Origin: an uncultured delta proteobacterium | GTDB taxonomy: Bacteria; Myxococcota_A; Polyangia; Fen-1088 | Direction: 5' to 3' | Length of the DNA: 64,000 bases | Assembly (NCBI GenBank): GCA_963767925.1 | Contig: CAVYGB010000002.1 | Span: 2,192,761 to 2,256,760 of the forward strand | Part shown: piece by piece, positions 39,381 to 49,393 of the stretch | Layout: the number at the start of each line of letters is the position of its first letter | Numbering within the stretch: the stretch's first letter is position 1 | The notes under the pieces: generated by a model | What the model saw: only the letters and a program-made list of their open reading frames with translations | What the model was told of the DNA's origin: nothing | Database searches by the model: none | Program-made: the position numbers and the translations under genes

Positions 39381-40121
39381 ATGGGCCACGACATCCGCGC
39401 GATCGAGGAACGAGCCTTCGCCGCCTGGCCCGCCGAGCAGGTCCGCGCCCTGGGCCCCTGGCGCTTCCGCAGCACCCGCGGCGTCACCCACCGGGGCAAC
39501 TCCGTCTGGCCCGACGGCCTCGCCGGCATCCCCTCGCTGGACGCCGCCATCGAAGCCGCCGAAGCCTTCTACGCCGACCGCGCCTTGCCCGCGCAGTTCC
39601 AGGTCACCCCCCTGGCCCCACCCGGCCTCGACCGCGCCCTGCAAGCCCGCCGCTACACCCCCGGCGTCTCCGTAGCCGTCCAGGTCGCCGCCGCCAGCGC
39701 CGTGCCCCCGGCGCCCCGGCCCGGATCCTTCAGTCGGACGATGTCCGAGGCCTGGTTCACGGTCTCCGGTCGGCTGGGCCGCTACGCCAAGGTCCCGGAG
39801 ATCTACGCCGCCCTGCTGGCCCGGATCGGCCCCCGCGCCGTCTTCGCCCAGGCCGAGATCGATGGTGAAGTCGCCGCAGTCGGGCTCGGCGTCGTCGACC
39901 GGCCGTGGCTGGGGATTTCCAGCATGCTCACGCTTCCTTCCCACCGGGGCCGCGGTCTGGGCCAGGCCGTGCTCAGCGCCCTCGCCGCCGCCGCCCGACA
40001 GGAGGGTTGCGACCACCTCTACCTGCAGGTCGACCGCGACAACGCCCCCGCCCTGGCCCTGTACGCCCGCTGCGGGTTCGAGGAGGTTTACGGCTACCAC
40101 TATCGCGAGCGGGAAGTCTGA
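39381..40121 (+). CDS. GNAT family N-acetyltransferase
   Basis: HRGRGLG motif A, LYLQV..N..ALALY..GF. Confidence 0.9.
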   Translation: MGHDIRAIEERAFAAWPAEQVRALGPWRFRSTRGVTHRGNSVWPDGLAGIPSLDAAIEAAEAFYADRALPAQFQVTPLAPPGLDRALQARRYTPGVSVAVQVAAASAVPPAPRPGSFSRTMSEAWFTVSGRLGRYAKVPEIYAALLARIGPRAVFAQAEIDGEVAAVGLGVVDRPWLGISSMLTLPSHRGRGLGQAVLSALAAAARQEGCDHLYLQVDRDNAPALALYARCGFEEVYGYHYREREV

Positions 40122-40134
40122 GGCGCGCCGCCCC

Positions 40135-40989
40135 TCAGACCGGTGGGTGGCGCTCGCTGCGGGTCGCCGGAGCCGCCGGCCCATCGGGCGCCCGGTTGTG
40201 GCGCGCCGCCCGCCCCAGCAGCCATCCCCCGCTGATCCGGCTCCCAGCCGTACGCAGCGTGCGCGGCAAGAGCCCGGAGGTCGCGCGCATGGCCCGCTCC
40301 GCCCGCCGGAACCGGCGCTCGGCCCGCCCGTCCCAGTGGACGCCGAGCTGGTCGCGTATCCGCGGGGGCGTCATCCCCAGCGTGAACAGCCGCTGCAGCG
40401 AGAGCAGCGGCCGCAACGGCACGTGCAACGCCAGCGGAAACGTCGGCGCGAGAATGAACCCCGCGAGCTCCCGCCCCACCTCCGTGACGTCGAGCTTGTC
40501 GATCGTCTCGCGGACGTAGGCCTCGAAAGCCGCGAGGGTGGCCGGCTGATCGGCGCGGCGGATGCCGAACACCTCGGCGACCCTGGTCATCTCCTGGTAG
40601 TAGGTCTCCCAATCCGCCGCGGAGAGCGGCCCGACCAGCCGCGTGTAGCAGAGCAGGGCGGTGTCGACCAAGGTGGCGTGGACCCAGAGCAGGTTGGCCG
40701 GGTCGTTGGCCCGGTAGGTCGCCCCGGTGACGTGCTCGTGCATGCGATGAATCCGCGCCCCGACGTTGCGCGCGAGCGTCTCGCTGCCAAAGACCACCCC
40801 GGAGGTCGCCTCCAGGGTGCCGATGAGCCGCCGGAACGGATTGGCTTTGAAGTCGCTGTGGTCTTGCACGGCTTGCGCGACCGGGGCGTGAGCAAGCTGG
40901 AGGAGGAGGGCGCGTCCCGCGCCGATCAGCAAGGCGGGCTCCATGCTGACCCGGCGGATCACGGCGCCTTCGGGGAAGAAGTCGGCCAT
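40135..40989 (-). CDS. MpaB/DUF2236 oxygenase-family protein
   Basis: RALLLQLAH, DHS, RL..T, H..V.G..Y.A.DP..LLWVHATL. Confidence 0.9.
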   Translation of the reverse strand: MADFFPEGAVIRRVSMEPALLIGAGRALLLQLAHAPVAQAVQDHSDFKANPFRRLIGTLEATSGVVFGSETLARNVGARIHRMHEHVTGATYRANDPANLLWVHATLVDTALLCYTRLVGPLSAADWETYYQEMTRVAEVFGIRRADQPATLAAFEAYVRETIDKLDVTEVGRELAGFILAPTFPLALHVPLRPLLSLQRLFTLGMTPPRIRDQLGVHWDGRAERRFRRAERAMRATSGLLPRTLRTAGSRISGGWLLGRAARHNRAPDGPAAPATRSERHPPV

Positions 40990-41185
40990 CGCTGGGCTCG
41001 AGTATGACCCCGCCAGGGGGTGGGGACGAGGCGCGGGGTGTCCGGGCGCTCCTGGCGCGCGGAGACGTCGCTACGGATGGCATCAGCTAGCCCGTGAGAT
41101 CTCAGTACGCGATGGAGGGATGATGATCTGACGGGCGTAGCGCGGCGTGCCGCCCGCCGAAGACTCATCCTGGATGAAGACCGTC

Positions 41186-44100
41186 TCACTCGACCGCTGC
41201 AGCCAGGACGATCGCCCAGCCTGTATCAACCCAGCGGGTGGTCCCCTTTGGCGTTCCCTCCAGGTACCGCACTCGATTCACCAGCGCTTCATCGAGTCGA
41301 CCGCCATCTTCGCTGCTCGCGTCCTTCGCTGCAACCACCCAGGCGACGTCTGTCGTGGTGATCACTCGAGGGCGGAACCCGCCGTCTCCGCCGTCGATGC
41401 GGATGCCACCGCTGGTGCGCTCCAGGATCCGGCAGCGACGCCCGTCTCGTTCTACCCACCCTTGCGGGCCCACCCGCTGAACCACCTCGTCAAGCACGGC
41501 GTCGGCGCGCGCAAGGGTGTCGGGCGGTAGCCGCCGGGAGCTGCCGCGACCCTTTCCCAGGGAACGCCAGGTCGCATGGTCAAGCGCGGGCACGGCCCAT
41601 TGTTCGTCTTCGGCGAGCCAACGGGCTACGCCACAGTACCGCCAGCGGTCTTCGGCTTGTCGGGCCAGGACGAACGCGGTCTCCCCCGGCTGGCGGTCGA
41701 TCACCGGTCTCTCCAGACGGTCCGGCTCGGTGAAGGCGCCCCTCTCGGTCACAACTATGAACAAATGTCCCTCGAAGCGGCCCGTCTTGATCGGAGGCTC
41801 CGAGGCCAGGCCGAAGGCGGTGGCCAACTGGTTCCGGGCGAGGAGTTCGCCGGGTGCGGGGGCGATGCGTTCGGGCGGCACATGGTCTACCAGAAGGGCG
41901 ATGGGGATCATGTCCGCCTTAGCCGGGATGGGCTGATGAGCGGGGTTGTCAGAGCGTAGCTTCCAGCTTCCTTCCTTCTCGACGATGCGCTTGACCTGGT
42001 AAGCATAGCTGCCGTGCTGGTCGGGGGTCTTGACCAGGGCGACGCGGCCGGCGACGGCACCCAGGCCAACGCCGCGGGCCCACCGCATGATCAGCCAGTC
42101 GCCGTCGGCGATGGGATTGGCTCCCCCGGCCATCGAGTCGCCGGCGGCGCGAACCGCAAAGACCTCGTCCTGGACGCCCTCGAAGGGCAGGCTGACTTCC
42201 GCGATGTCCGGTGCGTCGGTCCGGATGCCCTCGGCCCGGCCGGCGGCGACGCGGAGGCTGGGAAACGCGAGGAGGCGGCCGCGCGGCGGCAGGGTGAGTA
42301 CTTTGCCCTTGGGCTCGATCCACCAGCCGTCAGGGGAACGGGAGAGTCGCACTTCGAAAGCGGTGCCGGGCTGGCCGGCGGCCGGGCCGAACCAGCGCCG
42401 CATCAGGTCGGGGAGGCGGTTTGCCGGCGTCCCCGCGGGGCGGGCGACGTTGCAGAACTCCTTGGCGAAGCGAAAGGTCCAGACGGCGCCGTCGGGCAAT
42501 CGGACGTCGGTTTCGCCCGTGGGGATCGTGGGTCGAGCGGCGCGGGCAGGGAGCTTGAGGATCGGGTCGCGCTTGTTCCAGGTGAGACGGCAAGTGAAAC
42601 CGTCACCGGGTTCGGACACGCTGAGTCGGGCGCGGTGGCGGGAGAGTTGATAATCAACGAGCTCTCTGGTCATCGATGTCGCGGCGGCGACCAGGTCCGG
42701 AGGTATTCGAAGGCGGAGTACGACCTTCTCCCCGTCGGTCGCGAACCAGCCTTCGCGAATCCAGTGAGCAATGGCGTGATCACGCCAGAATGAGACCCAC
42801 ACGTCTGGCGAAGGGGTTTGGAGGGTGGGGAGCGCGTGAGTGTCCTGAAGCTCGCGCAGGAGCTCCGGAGACCGCTGGATGAACGCCTGGCTGCGCTCTG
42901 CGAGCTCGGCTACCGCCATTCCGGTAGCAAGGGCCTCCGCTTCCAGGACGGATTCGAGCACGATCATGTTCCAGGATTGGCCCGGAGAGCTTCGATCTAT
43001 CGTGTCCAGCCAATCCCCAAGCGCCTCGAGGACGCGGAGCTCCTCGTCATCGAGATGTCCCTCCTGCCGGACGAACCGGAACCAACCGCCGTGGACTTTG
43101 CGCAGGGACTCCGGACGGTACCCCATTCGGTAGAGCTCGCCCGCCGTGGGTCGGTCGCCCCGGGTGGCAACGAGCTCCCGGTAGACACGCTCGACTTCCA
43201 GGGCCCCGCGAGGCAGGAACACCGCCAGCAGGTCCTTCGCCTCGAGTTCCACGTCGAGCGAGCATCCCGGTGGGAGCTCGGGACGGGCGGCCGACTGCAA
43301 GAAGTCCCGGAGCGACGTGGGTCTGGCGACCAGGGAGAGAAGACGGCGGATCCGGTCGAGAAAGATGCGGTGGTTTCCCACGAAATCGATGACGACGAGC
43401 GAGCGCTTCCCCTCGCTGGTGCGCAGGCCTCGGCCCAACTGCTGCAGGAACACGATGGACGACTCGGTGGGGCGAAGCATCACCACCCGGTCGACCGCCG
43501 GGACGTCTACGCCTTCGTTGAACATGTCGACCACGCAGAGGGCTTCCAGCTCGCCGCTTGCGAGGCGCTCCAGGGAGAGAACGCGATCAGCGGAGCCGGC
43601 GCCGGCGTAAACGGCCTCAACGCGAACCGCCTTGGCGCGCAGCCAGTCCCGGACAAAGCGCGCGTGCTCTATGGAGCAGCAGAAGACCAGTGTCCGCGAG
43701 CCGGGGTGCTTGGCCCAACCCTCCCAGAGTCGGTCCATCCGCCGTTGGGTCTGGACGGCAGCCGCCAGGGCCGCCGGATCGAAACTGCGGTTCCGCCAGG
43801 GAATCTGGGCGTAGTCCACGTCGTCCCGGAGCCCAACGTAGGAGAAGGGCACGAGACGCCCACGGGTTATGCCCGCGCCGAGGTCAGCCCGGTAAGCGAC
43901 GAAGTCGTCGAAGAGACCGAGGATGTCTCCTTCGTCCGCGCGGTCGGGCGTGGCGGTTAGACCGATCAGGAAGGCCGGGTCGAGGTGGTCGAGTACACGG
44001 CGGTAGGTTGGGGCGCTCGCGTGATGGACCTCGTCCACGACGACGTAGTCGAAGGCGTTGCCGAGGAGACGGTCCAGGTTCTCGGGGCGGCTGAGCTTCT

Positions 44101-45418
44101 GGACGGACGCCATGACCACGGGAGCTTCGAGCTGGAGTAGGTCGCCGGCACACCAGCCGATGTTTGCTGGCTGGCCAGAGGCGAGCAGTATGCGTCGGAA
44201 GGTTCGAGCGGCCTGGGTGAGAAGTTCCTCCCGATGAGCCAGGAACAGCACGCGCGGCCACCTCCCTGTTTCGCGCGCCACTCGACCCAGGTCGAAGGCG
44301 GCCAGCCAGGTCTTGCCCAGCCCCGTGGCGAGGACGACCAGTGCCCGTCGGCGACCCTGCGCTCTGGCCGCCGCCAGGGCGGTGAGCGCCTCCTCCTGGA
44401 ATTCGTGGGGATCGGGTGGCGGGGGTGGGTCCTCGACGTCCACATCCCCCGGGGGCGGAGGGCGGGGGTTGGCGAGAACCCGGCGTTCATAGTCGTCTAT
44501 CCATGCTGCGCTGAGATCGATGGCGGCGGTCCAGAGGGACTCGAAGGCGTTGGTGACCGCGTCGTACGCACCCGGGTCGATCGTGCGGTCGACGCGCAAG
44601 TTCCATTCGATGCCGGTCTCCAGTGCGGAGCGCGAGATGTTGCTGCTCCCGACGAAGGCCACCTGGGAGTCGGGACCTTCGAAGCGCCAGGACTTGGGAT
44701 GGAAGGCGCATTCCGAGCCGTCCGGACGGGTGGTCTCGACGACGCGGACCTCCAGTCGGGGAGATTCGGGCGACGACCCACCCTCCACGCGATGGTCCAT
44801 CTGCGACCATGCCAGGAGTTCGCGCAGGGCCGAGACCTGGGTAAAGGCGAGGTAGTCGCCGGTCACGAGTCGTACTCGTGCCCGGCCGTGTAGGGCTGAG
44901 AAGACGCTGGGCTCCAGCACCTCGAGACCGCTCTCGGTGACGAAGGCCGCGACGATGGCGATCTCCCTGGCGGTTGCGAAGAGGGGCCAGAGGTGCCGGC
45001 CGAACGGGTCCGTGCGCCCGCCGGTGGCCAGCGGGGACGGTCTTTCGTGCGGTTGACTGACCCGACCGGCAGTCACCGGGTGGGGCTCGCCCGTTGGGTG
45101 CTCGACACCTCCCGCAAAGCGCGGGATGACGTGCACGTGTAGATGCATCGTGGTTTGGCCGGCTACCAGGCCGGCGCTGAAGCCCACGTTGTAACCAGCC
45201 GGTTGCAGTTCCCGATCGAGCGACGCTTTGACCTCCTCCACCAGCGCCCACAGCGCCCGTTTCTCGGCGTCGGTGGCGTCGAAGTAGCTCGGTACCTCCC
45301 GTCGGGAGACCACCAGGGTGTGGCCCGGTCCGGTCCCGGGACGGTCCCTGACGGCGAAGGCCAGGGCGTTGCTCGCGACCCATTCGGTCTGGGGGATGTC
45401 GAGGAAGCGCGAAGGCAT
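41186..45418 (-). CDS. HIT - PLD nuclease - SF2 helicase - S24 peptidase-like fusion (putative defence protein)
   Basis: [61 protein letters not shown]24. Confidence 0.88.
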   Translation of the reverse strand: MPSRFLDIPQTEWVASNALAFAVRDRPGTGPGHTLVVSRREVPSYFDATDAEKRALWALVEEVKASLDRELQPAGYNVGFSAGLVAGQTTMHLHVHVIPRFAGGVEHPTGEPHPVTAGRVSQPHERPSPLATGGRTDPFGRHLWPLFATAREIAIVAAFVTESGLEVLEPSVFSALHGRARVRLVTGDYLAFTQVSALRELLAWSQMDHRVEGGSSPESPRLEVRVVETTRPDGSECAFHPKSWRFEGPDSQVAFVGSSNISRSALETGIEWNLRVDRTIDPGAYDAVTNAFESLWTAAIDLSAAWIDDYERRVLANPRPPPPGDVDVEDPPPPPDPHEFQEEALTALAAARAQGRRRALVVLATGLGKTWLAAFDLGRVARETGRWPRVLFLAHREELLTQAARTFRRILLASGQPANIGWCAGDLLQLEAPVVMASVQKLSRPENLDRLLGNAFDYVVVDEVHHASAPTYRRVLDHLDPAFLIGLTATPDRADEGDILGLFDDFVAYRADLGAGITRGRLVPFSYVGLRDDVDYAQIPWRNRSFDPAALAAAVQTQRRMDRLWEGWAKHPGSRTLVFCCSIEHARFVRDWLRAKAVRVEAVYAGAGSADRVLSLERLASGELEALCVVDMFNEGVDVPAVDRVVMLRPTESSIVFLQQLGRGLRTSEGKRSLVVIDFVGNHRIFLDRIRRLLSLVARPTSLRDFLQSAARPELPPGCSLDVELEAKDLLAVFLPRGALEVERVYRELVATRGDRPTAGELYRMGYRPESLRKVHGGWFRFVRQEGHLDDEELRVLEALGDWLDTIDRSSPGQSWNMIVLESVLEAEALATGMAVAELAERSQAFIQRSPELLRELQDTHALPTLQTPSPDVWVSFWRDHAIAHWIREGWFATDGEKVVLRLRIPPDLVAAATSMTRELVDYQLSRHRARLSVSEPGDGFTCRLTWNKRDPILKLPARAARPTIPTGETDVRLPDGAVWTFRFAKEFCNVARPAGTPANRLPDLMRRWFGPAAGQPGTAFEVRLSRSPDGWWIEPKGKVLTLPPRGRLLAFPSLRVAAGRAEGIRTDAPDIAEVSLPFEGVQDEVFAVRAAGDSMAGGANPIADGDWLIMRWARGVGLGAVAGRVALVKTPDQHGSYAYQVKRIVEKEGSWKLRSDNPAHQPIPAKADMIPIALLVDHVPPERIAPAPGELLARNQLATAFGLASEPPIKTGRFEGHLFIVVTERGAFTEPDRLERPVIDRQPGETAFVLARQAEDRWRYCGVARWLAEDEQWAVPALDHATWRSLGKGRGSSRRLPPDTLARADAVLDEVVQRVGPQGWVERDGRRCRILERTSGGIRIDGGDGGFRPRVITTTDVAWVVAAKDASSEDGGRLDEALVNRVRYLEGTPKGTTRWVDTGWAIVLAAAVE

Positions 45419-45464
45419 GGCTGGGACCCGCGGTGGCGGCGACAGGTGCCTCGCCCTTCGACCC

Positions 45465-48400
45465 TCAGCCGCTGGCGAGGGTGGCGTACTCCTCGAACAG
45501 GGGGGCGGACATGGGGTGGGTCACCTTCCAGGTGATTGCGATCGGTCGGTCTCCCGTGTGGCTCTCGTAGACGACCGGGCCAAGGAAGGCGTAGGCGTCG
45601 TCGGGCGATGGGCGGACGAAGAGATAGAAGGTCCAGCCGTTGCCTGGGCTCTCGAGGTAGCGTCTCCCGCTTGAGGTGGTGACGCTGGCTGCCCCCTGGG
45701 TCTCCCAGTGGAAGTGGTCCCGGCTGATGGCGAAGTCGCGGTAGCGGGTCGATGGTGAGAAGTCCTTGCCGGTCTTGTCCAGGGTCACGAACAGCAGCTC
45801 GCGCTTTTGCCCTGGCACGGCGAGGATGCCGCCCTGGGGGACGGAGCCCTTCTTGCCGGGGACCACGTAGCCGACGGCGGCCACAATCTCTCTTCGGCCG
45901 TAGTGGCGATGAAGGGCGAGTGGCCACTCCGGAACCGGATAGATGTCCGACGCGAGCCCCACCCGGTCTTCGAGGACCTCTCGCAGCTCCTCGAACTCCT
46001 CCACGAGACCTGGCCTCGCGGCGAGGTACCGGGCGGTCTCCTCGGCGGCACGCAGCACACCCCGATGGCTGAGCTGGAAGTCCAGCATGTGCATGCGTAT
46101 CCGGTCGCGTGGGCCCGGTTCGATGGTCTCGCCGCGGGCGGCGGTCGCAAGCAGGTCACGGTAGGCACGGAGGCGCTGCGGTTCGTCGGTGTGGGTCAGC
46201 CAGCCTAGCCGGCGACTGACCTCCTCGGTCTCCTCGTCGCCGTAACCGGCTGGGAGCAGCCCGGCGATCTTCCGGATGGTGGTCCATCCGAAGTCGTTGC
46301 GGTTGTAGACGTCCTCGAGCTCCCGGCCCGACTCTTCGAGGAAGTGGCGCAACGAGACCTTGCCGCCTGGGGTCGCGGAGGCCACCTGGCGGAGCTCCTG
46401 GGCCAGACGCTTGGAGCCCCCCGCCAGGGACGCGCGAAGGCTGCGGAGGATGGTCTCGCGCGCGACGGCGTCGAGCTGGACGGCGCAACCGCTGGGTAGA
46501 TAGGGGAAGCCCTCCTCGACGGCGCTGCGGACCTTGGCGCGCGGTAGGCCGGTGAGGGCGGAGAGGATGCCGTCGAAGCGAAACTCCTCCCGGTGTTGCC
46601 CGATGAAGTCCAGGACCAGGCAGGTGCTCTTGCCCTTGTGCATCCGCAGCCCCCGCCCAAGTTGCTGCAGGAACAGGGTGGCGCTCATGGTGGGCCGCAG
46701 GAGCAGCAGGGTGTCGACGAAAGGCAGGTCCACGCCCTCGTTGTAGAGGTCGCAGGTGAACAGCACGTTCACGTCTCGGCTCCGCAGTTGACCTGGGGCG
46801 GCCTCCCGCTCCTTGTCGGGGGAGTCACCGTGGAGGGCCAGGGCTGGCACGCCGGCGGCGGTGAATTGGGCCGCCATGAAGCGGGCGTGTTCGATGCTCA
46901 CGCAGAACCCGAGGGCGCGCACGGAGCGGACGTCCCTCACTCGGCGGCCGAGCTGGTGCAGCACGAGTTGCGCGCGGGCCTGGTGGCCGCTGTAGATGCC
47001 GGCCAGCTCGGCCGCGTCGTACCCTTTGCGCGACCAGCGAACCTTGGTCAGATCGACACCGTCGGACACGCCGTAGTACTCAAACGGCACGAGGAGCTGT
47101 CGCTCGAGGGCATGCCACAGCCGCAACTCCGCCGCGATGTGGCCGTCGAAGTCGGGTAGGAGGGACTTCTCGTCGCTCCGCTCGGGGGTGGCGGTGAGCC
47201 CCACCATCAGGTCGGGCCTGAGCCGGGGTACCACCTTCTGGTAGGAGCTTGCCGGGACGTGGTGGCACTCGTCGACGATGACGTGGCGCCAGTGGTCCTC
47301 GCCGAACCGATCCACCAGATCTCCCGCTGCGACGCTCTGGATGGTCGCGAAGAGGTGCTCGAATCGTTCCGGCCCGTCCGCGCCACTGAGGAGCTCGCCG
47401 AACGAAGCGTCCTGGAGCACGTGACGGAAGGTGTCCCGGGCCTGGACCAGGATCTCGCGGCGATGGGCCAGGAAGAGCAAACGCGGTCGGAGACCGGCCT
47501 CATCGCACACGCGGCTGTAGTCGAAGGCGGCGATGACGGTCTTGCCGGTGCCGGTGGCGGCGACCACCAGGTTGCGCCGGCGGCCGTGGAGAGTACGCTC
47601 CGCGGCGAGGCGGTCGAGGATCTCCTCCTGAAAAGGGTAGGGACGGAGGCCAATCAGCGAAAGCGAGGGTGTCGCCGCGTCGTCGGCCTGTGTCGCCAGG
47701 AGGGCAGCGCGCAGGCGGGAACGGGACTGTTCGTCCGCGGGATCGAAATCCTCGAACTCCGGGTCGTTCCAGAGGGTATCGAACGTGCCCTCGAACTTCT
47801 CGATGACGTGTGGCAGGTCGGCGGCGCACACCTTGACGGTCCATTCGTGACCGCTGCTCAGCGCGGTGGCGGTGAAGTTCGCCGAGCCGATGTAGGCGGT
47901 GCTCAGGCCGGTGTCGCGGTGGAAGAGCCACGCCTTGGCGTGCAGGCGGGTGCGCTGGATGTCGTGGGACACCTTGATCCTCACTCCCGGCAGCCGGCCC
48001 AGCATGTCCAGGGCCTCGATCTCGGTCGTTCCGGTGAACGTCGTGGTGAGGAGACGCATGCGCCCGCCGTCTGCGGTCCGCCGGGCCAGTCCCTCGAGCG
48101 CCTCCCGGACGGCTCTCACCCCGCCAACGGTCACGAACGCCAGCACGGCGTCGACGCGATCCGCGGTGGCGATCTCGCGCGCGAGCTCGTGGCCAAGCGC
48201 CGGGTCGTGCCGGTTCCGGGTCAGGAGGGTCGAGAGGGCCAGGGGACTGGCAGGACGGTCGAGCGCGATTCCTCGGTCGATGGCGAGGAGCTGCCGGAGG
48301 GGGCTGGACGGCCGCTGCGCCCGGATGGGCTCCGGTTCGACGCCATGGCTATTGGCCAGCTCGGCCAGTTGCTCCAGGAGCGCAGAGACCAGCAGCCGCG

Positions 48401-48605
48401 CTGCTTCGGCTCTCTCCTCCTTTGGCAGAGCGCCGAGCACCCGCTCGGCCTCGCGTCCGATGTGCCTGGCCAGGATCGTCGGCGCGGTCTCTGCGGTCAC
48501 CGACCGGAAGCCCGGCCGACGGTGCGAGTCCAGCGCCGCGATTGCCGCTTCCAGCTCTTCCGTCACCGGATGTTCGTAAACTCCGTCCGGAAGACTTCGC
48601 GGCAC
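45465..48605 (-). CDS. PLD - SF2 helicase - DUF3427 protein (SauUSI-like type IV restriction enzyme)
   Basis: [54 protein letters not shown]. Confidence 0.9.
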   Translation of the reverse strand: MPRSLPDGVYEHPVTEELEAAIAALDSHRRPGFRSVTAETAPTILARHIGREAERVLGALPKEERAEAARLLVSALLEQLAELANSHGVEPEPIRAQRPSSPLRQLLAIDRGIALDRPASPLALSTLLTRNRHDPALGHELAREIATADRVDAVLAFVTVGGVRAVREALEGLARRTADGGRMRLLTTTFTGTTEIEALDMLGRLPGVRIKVSHDIQRTRLHAKAWLFHRDTGLSTAYIGSANFTATALSSGHEWTVKVCAADLPHVIEKFEGTFDTLWNDPEFEDFDPADEQSRSRLRAALLATQADDAATPSLSLIGLRPYPFQEEILDRLAAERTLHGRRRNLVVAATGTGKTVIAAFDYSRVCDEAGLRPRLLFLAHRREILVQARDTFRHVLQDASFGELLSGADGPERFEHLFATIQSVAAGDLVDRFGEDHWRHVIVDECHHVPASSYQKVVPRLRPDLMVGLTATPERSDEKSLLPDFDGHIAAELRLWHALERQLLVPFEYYGVSDGVDLTKVRWSRKGYDAAELAGIYSGHQARAQLVLHQLGRRVRDVRSVRALGFCVSIEHARFMAAQFTAAGVPALALHGDSPDKEREAAPGQLRSRDVNVLFTCDLYNEGVDLPFVDTLLLLRPTMSATLFLQQLGRGLRMHKGKSTCLVLDFIGQHREEFRFDGILSALTGLPRAKVRSAVEEGFPYLPSGCAVQLDAVARETILRSLRASLAGGSKRLAQELRQVASATPGGKVSLRHFLEESGRELEDVYNRNDFGWTTIRKIAGLLPAGYGDEETEEVSRRLGWLTHTDEPQRLRAYRDLLATAARGETIEPGPRDRIRMHMLDFQLSHRGVLRAAEETARYLAARPGLVEEFEELREVLEDRVGLASDIYPVPEWPLALHRHYGRREIVAAVGYVVPGKKGSVPQGGILAVPGQKRELLFVTLDKTGKDFSPSTRYRDFAISRDHFHWETQGAASVTTSSGRRYLESPGNGWTFYLFVRPSPDDAYAFLGPVVYESHTGDRPIAITWKVTHPMSAPLFEEYATLASG

Positions 48606-48763
48606 GTCCTATCTTCTCACGTCCGTGCGGGTCGGCCCAGCGTGGAGCAAGGTTCAGAGTCGGGCAGTGGCAGACCGACGTACATACGCGCTCGCCCGGC
48701 CCGCCAACCTGGGCCTTTGACAGGCGGCCGCTGTGGACCATGACGCTAGCGTCGTCTCAGAGC

Positions 48764-49306
48764 CTAACCGGTCAGCCAATCCAAGACTGACTTGCCCCCT
48801 TGATACCGCCTGACGGTCAGATGCGGCTTCGCCGTCGGCAGCACCGAAAGGATCACCGAGAACCCAACAAATCGGGGCTCGAAGCTGGAGAAGGCAGTCA
48901 ACCAATTGTGGTCGTGAGCATCGCCCCCGCCGCTCCCGCGACCCCGAACGACCTTCCATTCCAGAACAGTCAGCGGCTTGTTGAGGGGTCGCCAAGAGGC
49001 GTCCCAGCAACTCATCCAGGCCCGTGGCCAGATGACAAGATCCTTCTTGACAGCAGGCTTGATCCCAATCCCCGGTGGCTGAGGGACGGCCACCTCGATC
49101 CCAATCTGCGTGGGATGGTAGAGGAACGACTCCTGCGAACATCTCTGAAGCAGGAACCCGTGCGCGTAGCGATTGATGAAGTCGTTTTCTTTTCCACGCC
49201 AATCGCAGGCGTGGAGACCGCCCAAGAATTCGAGCAGCGTCTCCCGAATGACCGCGTCGACCTGAGAGATCAAGGAGGCCTGGTCAGGCGCGGACGCCGG
49301 AAGCAT
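48764..49306 (-). CDS. Putative PD-(D/E)xK nuclease-like protein
   Basis: E..KKDLVIW..VLEWK spacing; between defence genes; start could be 49375. Confidence 0.6.
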   Translation of the reverse strand: MLPASAPDQASLISQVDAVIRETLLEFLGGLHACDWRGKENDFINRYAHGFLLQRCSQESFLYHPTQIGIEVAVPQPPGIGIKPAVKKDLVIWPRAWMSCWDASWRPLNKPLTVLEWKVVRGRGSGGGDAHDHNWLTAFSSFEPRFVGFSVILSVLPTAKPHLTVRRYQGGKSVLDWLTG

Positions 49307-49393
49307 CGCGTCGCAGGACACCGACACGCTTGTGGAACGGCCGCGTGCTCTTGAGCTCCCGCTCTGCTGCACCATTTTGAAGCTGGATGGTCC

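Noticed and set aside
41089..41137. 12-bp inverted repeat at the left edge of the defence island as an att site
   Set aside because: No partner copy found; more simply a terminator-like hairpin
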